From a virus: 64,000 nt of DNA. Shown piece after piece: positions 1 through 11,039 of the stretch. Under the pieces are notes generated by a model, which was not told where the DNA came from, did not search any database, and saw only the letters and a list, made by a program, of their open reading frames with translations. Location of the stretch: the IMG/VR virus record IMGVR_UViG_3300021475_000001, positions 32,001-96,000 of that record. The stretch is one strand, 5' to 3'. Numbering within the stretch: the stretch's first letter is position 1; the number at the start of each line of letters is the position of its first letter. A program made the position numbers and the translations under genes.

Positions 1-183
1 TCATGAAAATGGATGTGAAAATGATCACAGTCACTATTGGGATAACCACATTCACATACTTTTAGATCACAAGTAAAATCAACTTTACTCTCACCAAGCA
101 TGTCCTCGCGTGGGTCGGAGCGACCACAGTCAAGACACCATGCACCCGGCCAGCCTGACCAACGACACTCAGCCATCGTAACC

Positions 184-1224
184 TTAGCGTTGTGTGGCAG
201 CGATCAAGTGAATAAATCCGGCTGGTCCTTTGAGACAGAGACTGCCTCTGTCGATACGAAGACTGGTTCTACCCGATAAAGCGCGATGAATAAGTTCGGG
301 ATCAAAGAATTCGATTACGTTGGGGTGATTAAAGGTCATGGCTTCTTCAAAGTGAGTGGTGTTTTTAATGTTGGAAATAATGTACAAAATGTTGTTCTCA
401 ACAGCAAATTCGGTGGCGTTATTTGGGATCAGCATAACACGATCCAATGCCCCGCTCAACACCTCTGGTACGGCAGTGTCGTTTTGGTGTTGTTGCTGGT
501 ATGGTGACAGAGTGACAGAAAAGTCGGGCATCATGGGGCAGTCGATTAGATTGCCAATGATCATTACACCCTGATTGTTGACGGCGACGATGGCGTGTTG
601 ATGCACAAACAGAGCGTCACGTCCACCTTCTGGCAGTATCTTTAAAACCTGTTCGATAAATCCAGTTGGAACAACGATGTGCTGTGTCAGAGTGTAGTTC
701 TTTGGTAGTGTCACTCGCAGCCAGGAAAGTGAGTTGTCATCGGTCGCGTAGATGTCGAGATGGTCACCAACTGGTGCCAGAAACGCGCCCATGCGCGCCG
801 GTGTTGCCGACTTCGGGTCAAGTGACACCAGAATATTTTTAAGACCAGTGATCAGAGCTTCATCCAGTTCGACACCTTCGCCATCGATCAAATCGACACT
901 GGGTGTCAGTATCTGTTTCTGAGCTTCCAACATAGCAAAGGTGGCGTGTGAGTCACCAACCTTGATGATCAGTTCCTTACCTTTTGTGGTCAGTTCCGCA
1001 GTGTCACCTACCGTCTTTTCCAGCCATGCCTGTAGTGTCGCGGGAACACCACCTTTTATTTCAGAGTCAAAGGGATAGACAATTCCAAGACGACCATTAT
1101 AAGCCGAAATGAAATCACCGTCCAGCCAGAAATGCGATAGTTCCACTGCCCGATTGGTGGCAGTAGCTAGTGCTGGTTTACAGGTGTCCAATGCGGAGAG
1201 TAGAAGCGTGCGATTGATGTTCAT
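184..1224 (-). CDS. DNA polymerase sliding clamp (beta-clamp-like)
   Basis: 346 aa; clamp-like size and motifs (AYNG, YATDD, PDF near domain junction); replication cluster. Confidence 0.55.
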   Translation of the reverse strand: MNINRTLLLSALDTCKPALATATNRAVELSHFWLDGDFISAYNGRLGIVYPFDSEIKGGVPATLQAWLEKTVGDTAELTTKGKELIIKVGDSHATFAMLEAQKQILTPSVDLIDGEGVELDEALITGLKNILVSLDPKSATPARMGAFLAPVGDHLDIYATDDNSLSWLRVTLPKNYTLTQHIVVPTGFIEQVLKILPEGGRDALFVHQHAIVAVNNQGVMIIGNLIDCPMMPDFSVTLSPYQQQHQNDTAVPEVLSGALDRVMLIPNNATEFAVENNILYIISNIKNTTHFEEAMTFNHPNVIEFFDPELIHRALSGRTSLRIDRGSLCLKGPAGFIHLIAATQR

Positions 1225-1339
1225 ACTTTACTATACGCGCGGGTGATTCTGGTGCGTTTACAGTGTAGTGAAGACAGTCTAGACACAAAGAGAGGGGGAA
1301 GATGCTTCCCCCTCTCTAGCAACGCTCAGAACGCGCGAG

Positions 1340-1978
1340 TTAAGACGCTGCGTGTTCCTTGATCAGTCGACTCGCTGTTGCGAATGCCTGTTGCGCGTAG
1401 CGCACCGCGGCAATGGAATATTCCTTGCCATACTTGGTCTGAAGCGTAGTCACCAAATCCATCGCCTTCATATCACCAGGATTGGCACTGACAACCAGTT
1501 CCTTCATGGTACGGGTCAGACAGTCATTCCCACTGGTACGACCGCGACCACGCACTTTCGGCTCTTCGGCATCATTCAGACTGGCACGTCCGCGACGCTT
1601 AGTTTCCTTTGTCTTCTTCTGGTCCAAACCGGGAAGAAGAGGAAGTGCCTTCTTGCGCTTTTTGGTGATGTTTGCCTTGTGAGTGATGGTGGCGTCATAC
1701 ACCCAATCCTGCACGTCCTTGTCCAAGGTTTCGTAACGATCATCAGTCCAGACTTCCATATTAGAAAAAGCCTGGATTACACGAACCTTGAATTCATCAA
1801 CGGACTCGTCTTCAGCGCGGATGGTGTCAAGTGCTTCACAAATATGTTCGTAGAGTGAAGACGCCTCTTGCTCATCAGCTTCAGTTTCGCCGTTCTCTTC
1901 CTCGGATTCTTGATCTTCTGGCTCTTGCACTGCGGGCTTCGGCTCGGGTGGAACAGTTGTTACATGCGGATCGGACAT
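1340..1978 (-). CDS. hypothetical protein, acidic N-terminus and basic middle
   Basis: 212 aa ORF with RBS (AAGGAAG on minus strand). Confidence 0.6.
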   Translation of the reverse strand: MSDPHVTTVPPEPKPAVQEPEDQESEEENGETEADEQEASSLYEHICEALDTIRAEDESVDEFKVRVIQAFSNMEVWTDDRYETLDKDVQDWVYDATITHKANITKKRKKALPLLPGLDQKKTKETKRRGRASLNDAEEPKVRGRGRTSGNDCLTRTMKELVVSANPGDMKAMDLVTTLQTKYGKEYSIAAVRYAQQAFATASRLIKEHAAS

Positions 1979-2060
1979 AATTCTTCCTTTAAAGATTAAC
2001 CACGTGTCGCAGATTTGCGATCACGCTATTTTTGAAATATAGCCTAATTGACCATTACAA

Positions 2061-2642
2061 TCAACCGGGAAACAGCAGTTTTTCGAGTTCATTTTCGAAA
2101 TCTCTATTTTCGGGCCAACCGGCAAGACGTTTCAAACGTTTAGCGGGTGTCTCACTGTCACTCAATGTCTCACGGAGCGGTAGGCGCATTTTGCGCAAGG
2201 TGTCAACTGATAGAAACAGTCGCAGAACGGCTTTGATCGGTTCCGGTAGTTCATTGAGTGTACAAGCAAACTCCTGTTCGGGCAGTTCGTATAAGGTATC
2301 GAGAATGTTATCAATCTCTTCGCCGGTTTTTACATCCTCCAGTTCCGCAATATATAATTCGTTGTTGTAATTGGTTTTTCGCTGCAAGCTTACGAGGTGA
2401 TTGGTGAAGGAAGTTTTCACCAATGCAGTAAAGTGTGGTGGGTCAATTTCGTATCCGTAGCGAGCGCGACATTTTAGGGCGATCATCAAACCATCTTGTA
2501 CCAAATCTTCAAAATCGTACCACTTATTGACACGGTATACGTAGCGTCTGGAGGTGTTGTATATCCACCCGATGACAGAATCGTTCAACTCTGGTACATT
2601 GATCTTCACCGACTTACTGCGTTGGGTCTGTGCCATAGTCAC
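2061..2642 (-). CDS. sigma-factor-like protein
   Basis: DFEDLVQDG region-2-like motif and LNELPEPIKAVL region-4-like motif. Confidence 0.45.
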   Translation of the reverse strand: MTMAQTQRSKSVKINVPELNDSVIGWIYNTSRRYVYRVNKWYDFEDLVQDGLMIALKCRARYGYEIDPPHFTALVKTSFTNHLVSLQRKTNYNNELYIAELEDVKTGEEIDNILDTLYELPEQEFACTLNELPEPIKAVLRLFLSVDTLRKMRLPLRETLSDSETPAKRLKRLAGWPENRDFENELEKLLFPG

Positions 2643-3372
2643 TCACCTAATTACAAGCCGATCCCAAACATGTGCAGCAACACAATGAGCAGCCCCAAGG
2701 ACTGCCACCCAGCATGGAACCCCCGATGAAAATCACTCATCAGTTTCACCTCATGTTGGCCGGATCAGATGCCCCCTACACTTCCAATGGATCATCACCA
2801 GATTTTCTGTAGGCTGACATAAAGGCACGATACTGTTCGGAATTTAAGTTGAAGTGTTGTGCGATGGTGTCTCTTATATTGTGTGGACTTTGTTCCAAGG
2901 TGTAGGCCAGTTGCCCCAGCATTTTTAACTGATCGCTGAGTGTCGCTTTTGGCTTAAGTTTATCCGGCATCGTTTCCCCCGTGACTTAGTTATATCCAGC
3001 TAAGTGACCAATCCAGTACCAGATAGCTCCGAGAATGAGTGAACCTACGATGGCTGAGAAAAAACAGTTCAGATAAGTCCAAGCGGTGCGTGGTTTGGAT
3101 TGCCCCATGAACATAGCCGTGCCAAACACCAACCCGACAAAGATCATACTACCAATCATTTTACCAAGATCATCCATTAAATTCACCGGAATAAAAGTGC
3201 TGGGGATTTTTATGGAAGACTTACGCATACCTCCCCAGCAGAGTACACTTCTAGGAGGGGGAAATAGTACCCCAACGGGCGCGACCACTAGCCCATGCCG
3301 ACGCTGCAAGTCTAGGTCCCCATTAGACGAGTCATCGACAACAGACCCATGATACTCGTCAGGTCAGAGAAA

Positions 3373-4404
3373 TCAACAACCAAATATTTGCGTAAATGAC
3401 GAAGTGTTCAGTTCTCCTGGGTCTTTTACAGTATCAGGAAGAACAAGTGTCTTAAATCCAAGTCCTTCAAGTGGTCCAATTAAGCCGTGAAAGTTGCATT
3501 CATAACGGATAGCAGCTTCAGCGTCAAGTAATATCAACTTGTTCTTGAATTGATTAAGCGATGTAAGTAAATCTAGTTGGATGTCCGAAATTGTACTGCC
3601 GTATACGCAGGTCGCGTAAATACCGTGAGGATTTCCAAGATAGTTTAATTTGAGTGAATCAAACGGGCCTTCATTGACCACCAGTGTCCCACCGTCTACT
3701 TGGCGCAACCAGTCATACCACAGCACAGTGTCCTTTAGTGACAGACGTGCTGGTAGTATTGGATTCTCAACGGAGAGAGAATTGTAGCGTAGTCGTGATT
3801 GACCAATGTGACGTCCGGTCCAGCTTACCAATTGGTGTTCCATGGTAATCAGAAAGATCAGACGATTGTCGTAAGCCCCGTCCAGAAAATTACTGACACA
3901 GTAGCGTAGATTGAAGTTCTTCACCAGATATGGAATATCGTCAAAGTCAAATCCTCGTTTCTCCAAATACGACACGAACATTCGACCCTTACCAATATTC
4001 TCGATAGGTCGAAATTCTTCTGGCACTCTAAGTGGGGGTCGCACTATTGGTTTGGATATAAGTGGTGGCGGCTGCCAAGGATATGGTTTGTGTTTAAGTA
4101 TTACAGTTAAATTACCAAGAACGTCATCTGGTATACTGTCACCACTTTTAACGATTGACTCGGCGTCGAGAAACGAGCAGCCGAGTAGTGCTTGTATTAG
4201 ACGATGTGGCGTTTTGCCTCTGTGTCCATCAGGCTGCTTCCAGCAATACCAACCACGATCAAGTAACGATATCGACATGTTATATCCGGAGTCTGCGTTC
4301 CCACAGAATGGACACTGACAGCCGATATCGTCACGTCCGACCTTACCCGTGGTGATATACGGAATGTTGTGTTGTGTCAGAAAGTTTGGCCAGTCAAAGG
4401 TCAC
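3373..4404 (-). CDS. DNA primase (Zn finger + TOPRIM)
   Basis: CPFC..WYCW zinc-binding domain; WTGR; NEGPFD; LLDAEA. Confidence 0.8.
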   Translation of the reverse strand: MTFDWPNFLTQHNIPYITTGKVGRDDIGCQCPFCGNADSGYNMSISLLDRGWYCWKQPDGHRGKTPHRLIQALLGCSFLDAESIVKSGDSIPDDVLGNLTVILKHKPYPWQPPPLISKPIVRPPLRVPEEFRPIENIGKGRMFVSYLEKRGFDFDDIPYLVKNFNLRYCVSNFLDGAYDNRLIFLITMEHQLVSWTGRHIGQSRLRYNSLSVENPILPARLSLKDTVLWYDWLRQVDGGTLVVNEGPFDSLKLNYLGNPHGIYATCVYGSTISDIQLDLLTSLNQFKNKLILLDAEAAIRYECNFHGLIGPLEGLGFKTLVLPDTVKDPGELNTSSFTQIFGC

Positions 4405-4868
4405 TCACATCCCCCGACAAGTGTAACCACGCGTCCTCATCATTCACCAGTATCATACTGCCATCAAATTTGAGCTTTCTGTAGACTGACACACCGCACT
4501 CGGGGCAGTGAGTTGGTAATCTTGGATTCACCCAACACAACATCTGTCCGCAACACGGCATGTGTATCAGACGAAAGTGTACACGTTGTTTAGACTTCAT
4601 GGTGCATTTTCGATTTCGATATCAATGCCACTAAGTGGACGATTTGGTTGACCATCGGGACGATAAGTCTGCATACGACTGACTGTCTGTCGCTGACGCA
4701 TGACATCAGCAATAGAGGGAAAACGTTTAGCCTTGGCTGGGTCATCGGTCGAAGTCAGTGCCAATGTACCAAAGGTGACGTGGGGGTTCCATTCAACCAC
4801 CCATCGTCCGTCATGTGGTGTAACTATACCACTTGAAGCACCAATGACCTTGACAATGACACTCATGT

Positions 4869-5351
4869 TCATATTCTCCGTTGACGATGCCCTGGCTTCT
4901 TAGCATGGTCATTTTCAATGACATCTCGTTCCTGCATTCCGAAAGGCAGACGGTAAGTTGGGTCAGTAAAACACCACAAATGATATTTGTTGGAAGTGTC
5001 TACCAGACGTGACTCAGCCGGGTAAAGTTCGACTGCCTCACACTCTTCACCAACTAACTCATTCTTGATCCACTGAAAGTGACGCCAATCTCGGAATATT
5101 GGTTTGCCGTCACGTCGCCGAATGTTGAGTTGCACCATTGGCACGGGAGTGCCGTCTTTTGTCTTAATCTGACGTTTGGCGACCTGATAAAGATCGTTGA
5201 TGAAGTACTCCACGCCCCAAACTTCCTCTTCTAACTGACGTTTGGTGTCGTCGAAGTCAAGCTTTGTGTACTGCATCGCTTCGAGTACCGTCTCGCGAGT
5301 TAGTGTTTTCACCAGATTGGCTGGTATAAGTTTCTTCCACTTAGTGTTCAT
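4869..5351 (-). CDS. conserved phage protein, same family as 55311-55685
   Basis: W..(F/M)..IK...AVELYP.ES.LV....YHLW pattern shared with the 55311 ORF. Confidence 0.55.
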   Translation of the reverse strand: MNTKWKKLIPANLVKTLTRETVLEAMQYTKLDFDDTKRQLEEEVWGVEYFINDLYQVAKRQIKTKDGTPVPMVQLNIRRRDGKPIFRDWRHFQWIKNELVGEECEAVELYPAESRLVDTSNKYHLWCFTDPTYRLPFGMQERDVIENDHAKKPGHRQRRI

Positions 5352-5555
5352 AGCTGTCTTTCTAGTTTTGGTTTGAAGTGAAGCACACCAGGTGCCATTA
5401 GTCCATTATTCCGACATACTGGACAAAATGCGCCATGCGGATACGGGTTATCTTCAGATGGTACTGGATGGTCAAACCAAGCGTAGCAGACGCCACACTT
5501 GGCTTCCCATAAGAATACCTCTTCTGAATGATCTTCTAGTTGGTTGTCATGCATA

Positions 5556-5948
5556 CTACCTCCAAATTCCGGCAGCGGCTGCGTTACGTGGCTTGTAGCC
5601 AAGTTCCCAGTGCCAGTACTCTGGCGGACACAACCGCTTTAGTTGTTGCATAAAGCTCGGACCGTGAGGTTTGGAACGATCACGCGTACCAGCGTCATCA
5701 TCGGCAATGTGTGCCAATTCGTGCGCCAGATAGTACAGCGTGTAGCCGTCACCTTTGGGCCGATTTATCGCGTGAAATGGAATGGTGATCATCCGCTTCT
5801 TAAAGTACGCACGTCCACAACGCTGGTTCACTGCATAAACAGCGACGTTTCTCGGTACGTTTGTCACCAGCAGCGGCAGCATGGCATACATCTCGCGCAT
5901 TTGCTTGGTCATATGCCAATTGATGCGCGCGGGGCGACGTGTAGTCAC
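5556..5948 (-). CDS. SprT-like zinc metalloprotease
   Basis: HELAH plus downstream HGPSF. Confidence 0.65.
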   Translation of the reverse strand: MTTRRPARINWHMTKQMREMYAMLPLLVTNVPRNVAVYAVNQRCGRAYFKKRMITIPFHAINRPKGDGYTLYYLAHELAHIADDDAGTRDRSKPHGPSFMQQLKRLCPPEYWHWELGYKPRNAAAAGIWR

Positions 5949-6408
5949 GTGCGTCCTCCCTCACGTAAGCATTGCTGACGCAAGCGGTCCACCTCGCTTT
6001 GGAGGTAGCACTTGCCAATGGTGTTGTAAGAACACTTACGCTCCGCTTCGTGATACATCTTGCAGGAATACGGCTCTTCCTTTTCCTGCATGGATGATAG
6101 CAGCAGTGACGCACCGATAAGCGGTGGAGCCAGTGAAATTAATGTCTTGATCACTGGACTTCCTCCGTCTTCTTACCCTGATTGCGCAGGATGCGCTCCA
6201 AGTCAGAGTGAACGGCAGCGGAGGCAGCAAGAACCATCTTGCTCGCTTTCTCGGCTTCCATCTTAGACACCTTCGATCCCGCGAGAAATGCCTTGATGGC
6301 AGCTACGCAGTCTTCCTGCATCGCCTGTTCGCGTTCTACCTGGGTGTCCAAACCGCGCGAGGTGTAAGATGCCTTACCTCTGGTGAGTGTGAGCTTTTTC
6401 ATCGCGTG

Positions 6409-6579
6409 TTACTCCGCACTTGTGGTTTTCTTGCCGAGATACTCGGCGCGAATTCCATAACCATCTCTGTCGTAGAGATTGTTATAAGCTTTCACGGCAT
6501 CCTTGGCATTGCGCGCAAGACGATAGCCTTCGATAAAGCCCTTGCCAGTCTCGGGATTCCAAAACTTTACGCGATACAT
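6409..6579 (-). CDS. small early protein (MYRVKFWNP...)
   Basis: ATG 6579 follows GAAGGA RBS and a conserved early promoter. Confidence 0.55.
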   Translation of the reverse strand: MYRVKFWNPETGKGFIEGYRLARNAKDAVKAYNNLYDRDGYGIRAEYLGKKTTSAE

Positions 6580-6673
6580 CGGGATATTCCTTCGTTTCGA
6601 ACATCTATAATATGGGGTCATTGACAGCATATTTCAAGGATTTTTCTGGTTTCCAGAATCTTTTATAGTTAAA

Positions 6674-7318
6674 CTAGAAACTCAGATTTCTGGTGGTGCG
6701 ACGGCACTTGTACTGCCCATTGGCATTGCCTCGGGCAGTGCAAGGTCGTAACTTTGCAGTGGGATTCTTAAATACGAGTCCTTCGATTGCCGTGTTGCCC
6801 GACATACCGTTGATTTCGTTGTACCAATCTTGGAAAAAACCATCGTGATTAGCAGCTAACCAAACACCGGGAAAAACGATAGTGTGCGTGTCCTCGTACA
6901 TGTTCAGTCCGCCAGCGCAGAGACGTGATAGACATTCGTAGCGATCAGCGTAAGTCTTGCCGATTAGGTACTCACCATCGTCAACCAGCAAATCGTGTAG
7001 ATAGATCGTGTCACGCACTCCAACACCTTTGGAATGCAACAACTCGCCGACAAACACGTACCAACCTTTTCCAGGCAGGTGTTGTTGAAACTCCTGCCAT
7101 CTATTGCCAGGTTGCCATTGCAACTCGTTATCGGGTCCGTGACGCCCCATCGCGAAACTTGGACCTTCGGTAATTGATGGCACATAGATCGTGCAACAAG
7201 TTCCGTTCATCTTTGCCTGAGCGACCCAACCTCGATCCTCGTAGAGTTTCAAGGTGTTGGGTGCCACGGCCGTTTCTGGCCGTGGCGGGTAGAGGTATTG
7301 GTAAGTTGGGTATTTCAT
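6674..7318 (-). CDS. ATP-dependent ligase / nucleotidyltransferase domain protein
   Basis: Motif I KMNG, motif III VGEL, IIIa YLHDL, IV EGLVFK; start at ATGA overlap with upstream stop. Confidence 0.7.
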   Translation of the reverse strand: MKYPTYQYLYPPRPETAVAPNTLKLYEDRGWVAQAKMNGTCCTIYVPSITEGPSFAMGRHGPDNELQWQPGNRWQEFQQHLPGKGWYVFVGELLHSKGVGVRDTIYLHDLLVDDGEYLIGKTYADRYECLSRLCAGGLNMYEDTHTIVFPGVWLAANHDGFFQDWYNEINGMSGNTAIEGLVFKNPTAKLRPCTARGNANGQYKCRRTTRNLSF

Positions 7319-8046
7319 GCCTTCAACGATGCCTTCAGCATCTTGCCAAGAGAAGCTTTCACATCCGGCAGCAACATGGGCTTGACGATATCCCAAGCTT
7401 TGGAAATATCGCTGAACACTGTGCCGAGTGTGACATTTGCGACGATGGGGAACACTTGTTCCGCTTCGTCAGCCTTCAACCGAAACACTGCATTGGTTGC
7501 GCCTTCAGACACCACAACTTTGGAAGTAGCAGCCTGGTGAATGATGAAATCCTCGGGAATGCCCTTGATGCCTGACAGTGCCTTGTCGATTTTCTTCAAC
7601 AATTCCTCGTCATTGGCATAGGCGGGATTGACTGCCAGCATCGCGGGATAACTGTCCAAAGTCTCGGCGAAACCTGGGACGCTGACAATGTTGTTGTCAT
7701 CGTCGCGCTCAACAGGCAGCACGGTTGCGAGAACTTCCAGTTCATCAGCCGACAGAGGGGAACGCTCGGAACGCTTGACGACAGTCGCGCGACCAGAGGC
7801 AAACGCGCCGTCTTCCACGTGCATTGTGTCGGGACGCGCGTGGCGCTCCAAACCCTTATCGATCAGACGCGTGGTTGCAAGCTCTTTCGCTTCTGCCTTG
7901 GTCAGATCAAGGAGTCCCTTGATCGCCTTGGCGCACGCGTCGAGTGCCGCGACCGCCTCCAAACCTGGGAGCGTTTCGGTGATCTTGGTCGGCTTACCCT
8001 TCGCGGGTGCGGCGACTGAGGCGATTTTTTTGGCATTTGCAAACAT
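7315..8046 (-). CDS. hypothetical early protein
   Basis: 243 aa; RBS and sigma70-like promoter directly upstream. Confidence 0.65.
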   Translation of the reverse strand: MFANAKKIASVAAPAKGKPTKITETLPGLEAVAALDACAKAIKGLLDLTKAEAKELATTRLIDKGLERHARPDTMHVEDGAFASGRATVVKRSERSPLSADELEVLATVLPVERDDDNNIVSVPGFAETLDSYPAMLAVNPAYANDEELLKKIDKALSGIKGIPEDFIIHQAATSKVVVSEGATNAVFRLKADEAEQVFPIVANVTLGTVFSDISKAWDIVKPMLLPDVKASLGKMLKASLKA

Positions 8047-8073
8047 CGGATATTCCTCGTTTCGAACATGCTA

Positions 8074-8102
8074 TATATAAGGTCACTGACAGCATTTGTC
8101 AA
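8074..8102 (-). promoter_or_regulatory. sigma70-like promoter with GTCAGTGAC palindrome in spacer
   Basis: TTGACA-17 nt-TATATA on minus strand. Confidence 0.75.
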
Positions 8103-8181
8103 TGCCAAAATTGTGGAGGATATGAAAAAGTGCGATTTCTCGCACTTTTTCCAGACCTGATTAATCAGCATTATCAAAGAG

Positions 8182-8535
8182 TTATTGCAGTTGGCTCCGG
8201 TCGTGTATAAGACCCTCTGTTTTCGCTCTGTCTAACACGTTTTCGCAGTATTGCCGCGTATCGAAGAAAAAGAGGCTTGTTGAATTGCCAGTGGTGTATG
8301 TCCCTGTTACCATGACTCCTTTTACTTCGCGGCTTTCCTCGGGAAAGGTCTTCACGTCAGGAGGTCCCCTAAATTCCTTAGAAGAACGCATGTACTGGAT
8401 CATCTGATCGGGACTAACCTCGGCGTGACTACAGGTCGCTTTGCTGGCATCGATGGACCACCATGTACGCGCTTCGGCAACACCGCTGCCAAGAACGGAC
8501 ATTGCCAATGCCCCAGCGACAAGGATCGTTTTCAT
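8182..8535 (-). CDS. secreted hypothetical protein
   Basis: Signal peptide MKTILVAGALAMSVLGSGVAEA. Confidence 0.55.
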   Translation of the reverse strand: MKTILVAGALAMSVLGSGVAEARTWWSIDASKATCSHAEVSPDQMIQYMRSSKEFRGPPDVKTFPEESREVKGVMVTGTYTTGNSTSLFFFDTRQYCENVLDRAKTEGLIHDRSQLQ

Positions 8536-8583
8536 CTGAATTTCCTCTGTTAAAAAGTCCAGTGGAACCACCCACCTGCGCTA

Positions 8584-8612
8584 TATATAGGTCATTGACA
8601 GTCATTTGTCAA
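8584..8612 (-). promoter_or_regulatory. sigma70-like promoter with GTCAATGAC palindrome in spacer
   Basis: TTGACA-17 nt-TATATA on minus strand. Confidence 0.75.
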
Positions 8613-8858
8613 CACCAGAATAAAAAAATAGCGCGGAAAACCGCGCTAAGTCCGCAAAATTAGTCAATGTTATCAGGTTCGTAGTCTGGCTCCCAGCACT
8701 CCGCCTCGCCACAATCTTCGTCTTCCCAGTGTCGAGATTTGCAGAGCGGACAGCGCACAAAGGCACGTTCGCGGTCGCGAGGATCGGTGGTCTTCCAATC
8801 GTCATAAGTTCGGAACATGTTGATATCCTTAGAAAAAAGGGAGGGGCTTTCGCCCCTC

Positions 8859-9482
8859 TTAATCGTCGGTGATATCGCCCCAGGGAAGTCCAAAGTGCTT
8901 TGCGCAGATCGGACCGTAACCCACTGAAGTTGAACGATCATCCGTCAGAGGATGCGAACAGAAGCAGCAAACGCCAGTCATATGCCCATAATCGGCAGCG
9001 GCTTTCGCGGGATCGCTCGCCAGCGCGACCAACGCGCTTGCGACGGCGGTTTGCGTCTCGGGGGCAAACTTACGAGAAGCTTGGAATTCACCACTCTCGG
9101 TTACACGACCGTACCATGGACGCTGCCCAGTGCTGTCCTTCTCAGAACCACACACGTTGATCGAACCCGGCACTTTTGCCATCTTGCCGGCGATGTTCAG
9201 CCGAAGATCGGTGTTCTCGGCGCGAACCAAGATCGCCGGAAACTTCAGATGCTTTTTCGCGTGGTTCAACAATTCCACGATTGCAGAGACGTTGCCGACT
9301 TGCGTCGTGGGTGCGGGGGCGACGGTGCCATTGGCACGGTTCGCTAACTCGTTGACCCAGTACCACTGTTTCGGGGACAAGCCCTTCTTGCCGTGTTGGG
9401 AAATCAGCGAAGCTGCAAAACCCTGGTCCTTATCCTTAAGGAGAGGAAGCGCGTCTACCAGGATGTTGATATTCTCGGTCAT
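8859..9482 (-). CDS. DUF6011-like zinc-finger protein
   Basis: C-terminal CCFCSHPLTDDRSTSVGYGPICA; LSPKQW. Confidence 0.7.
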   Translation of the reverse strand: MTENINILVDALPLLKDKDQGFAASLISQHGKKGLSPKQWYWVNELANRANGTVAPAPTTQVGNVSAIVELLNHAKKHLKFPAILVRAENTDLRLNIAGKMAKVPGSINVCGSEKDSTGQRPWYGRVTESGEFQASRKFAPETQTAVASALVALASDPAKAAADYGHMTGVCCFCSHPLTDDRSTSVGYGPICAKHFGLPWGDITDD

Positions 9483-9690
9483 AATCTCGTCTTTCGCGTG
9501 GGTTTTCCGTTTCAACACGATATATATGGTGTCAGTGAGATGGAATGCCAAGGCTGAAAATGGTGATTGTGCGAAAAACTTTTTTCCCCAAAATCTGAAA
9601 AAAATCCTTGCAAGTTTGTGGAAGCCGGATTATCTTACGTGTCGTTGACAGCGTATCATGCGTTGTTCGACATTTCTAGGAGAAAAGGAC

Positions 9691-10293
9691 GTGGAAAATC
9701 AAGAGGTTCAGATGAACGACATACAGCGTTCGATTTGCGAGAAGTTCAATCTCACGGTTCGCCAGAAGGGTGAAGAATTCACGGTCACTGATCGTGATCC
9801 GATCTTGGTCAAGCGTAAGGAGAAGCTGCCGCGTCACGTTGGCACCGATCTTAACGCGATGATCGCCAAAGCTCGCGCCGAGCAAGACGCGCGTAATGGG
9901 GTGGAGCCGGAGCCGCCGGTGGTTGATGTCGAGCCGGAGATTATCGAGGTTGTCGAGACTGCGCCGACTCCGACGCGTCGCGCCGCTCTCACTCCGGAGG
10001 AGATGACGGCGACCAGACAGACGTTGACAAACGTCATTCTGGACAACACCGGAATGAAGGTGCGCAAGCCTAAGATCGTGAAAGAGCGCAAGCATCGCGA
10101 CAATCGGCTGGCACGCGCGTTTCGCGCGATTATCGAGAACCCCGATAAAACTGTTGCACAACAGGCGGTTATCGCGGACGTGACCGAGGCGATGTTGGGG
10201 TATTATGAAATCCAGCTTCGTAGCGTTTATAAGATCATCTGCGAGAAGCACGGTGATGACGTGATCCCGCCGCTTCCGGCGCTGAACAAGTAA
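9691..10293 (+). CDS. hypothetical protein
   Basis: ORF with RBS, divergent from the early minus-strand genes; start uncertain. Confidence 0.55.
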   Translation: MENQEVQMNDIQRSICEKFNLTVRQKGEEFTVTDRDPILVKRKEKLPRHVGTDLNAMIAKARAEQDARNGVEPEPPVVDVEPEIIEVVETAPTPTRRAALTPEEMTATRQTLTNVILDNTGMKVRKPKIVKERKHRDNRLARAFRAIIENPDKTVAQQAVIADVTEAMLGYYEIQLRSVYKIICEKHGDDVIPPLPALNK

Positions 10294-10371
10294 TAATAAC
10301 AATCACTTAGCGAGCGTCTCCAGTTAACTCTGGAGGCGCTTATTTTTTGTGGAAATTCCAAAACTTTTCCC

Positions 10372-10400
10372 TTGTCATTGACAGCATGAAGGCTTATATA
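10372..10400 (+). promoter_or_regulatory. sigma70-like promoter overlapping GTCATTGAC palindrome
   Basis: TTGTCA-17 nt-TATATA, followed by GGAGG RBS. Confidence 0.65.
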
Positions 10401-11039
10401 TGGTGCGTTGAAACGGAGGGTTACCACGATGTTTGATTTTCCAGAAGATGTTGCGCGCATCGCGCGCGTGTTGAACATCACCGAGGAAGAGGCCGAAAAG
10501 TTCTGGTCTGATTACTCGGACTCGATGTTTGCTGGTTGGCTGTGTTTGCCGCATGAAGGTGCGGAAGGCGACGCTACCATACTGAAGATATTCCGGAGTA
10601 ACGCAGCTAAGACGTAGGAGATAGGAAAATGCTTAAGCTTATAACGATTGCTAGTGTCGCCATGCTGATCGCGACGCCTGCACTAGCCACAGACTGCCGG
10701 AATGCCAAGCCGGGAACTTGGTGTACCAGAGGAACAAACGACGCCCCGTTGACTGTCCGGCCGGTACAATCGACCATTTTCGTACCTCGACACCAGCCGC
10801 AATGTCACGAAGTAAATATAACCAACGATCTTATGGAACAGTGCCTGCAAAGCGGTACTGGCGGCAGCGGTTCCATGCCAACCATTCTCGATTGCCAAGT
10901 CTGGCCACCAGTTTTTGTCGAACGGTGCGACTAATTCCAAATGTGGCGCAAACAAAAAAACTTGTTGACACCCATCGTGGGAGCGCCTACATTCACAGTG
11001 TCATTGAGATGACGTTTTGGAACGAGGAGTTAAAAAGCA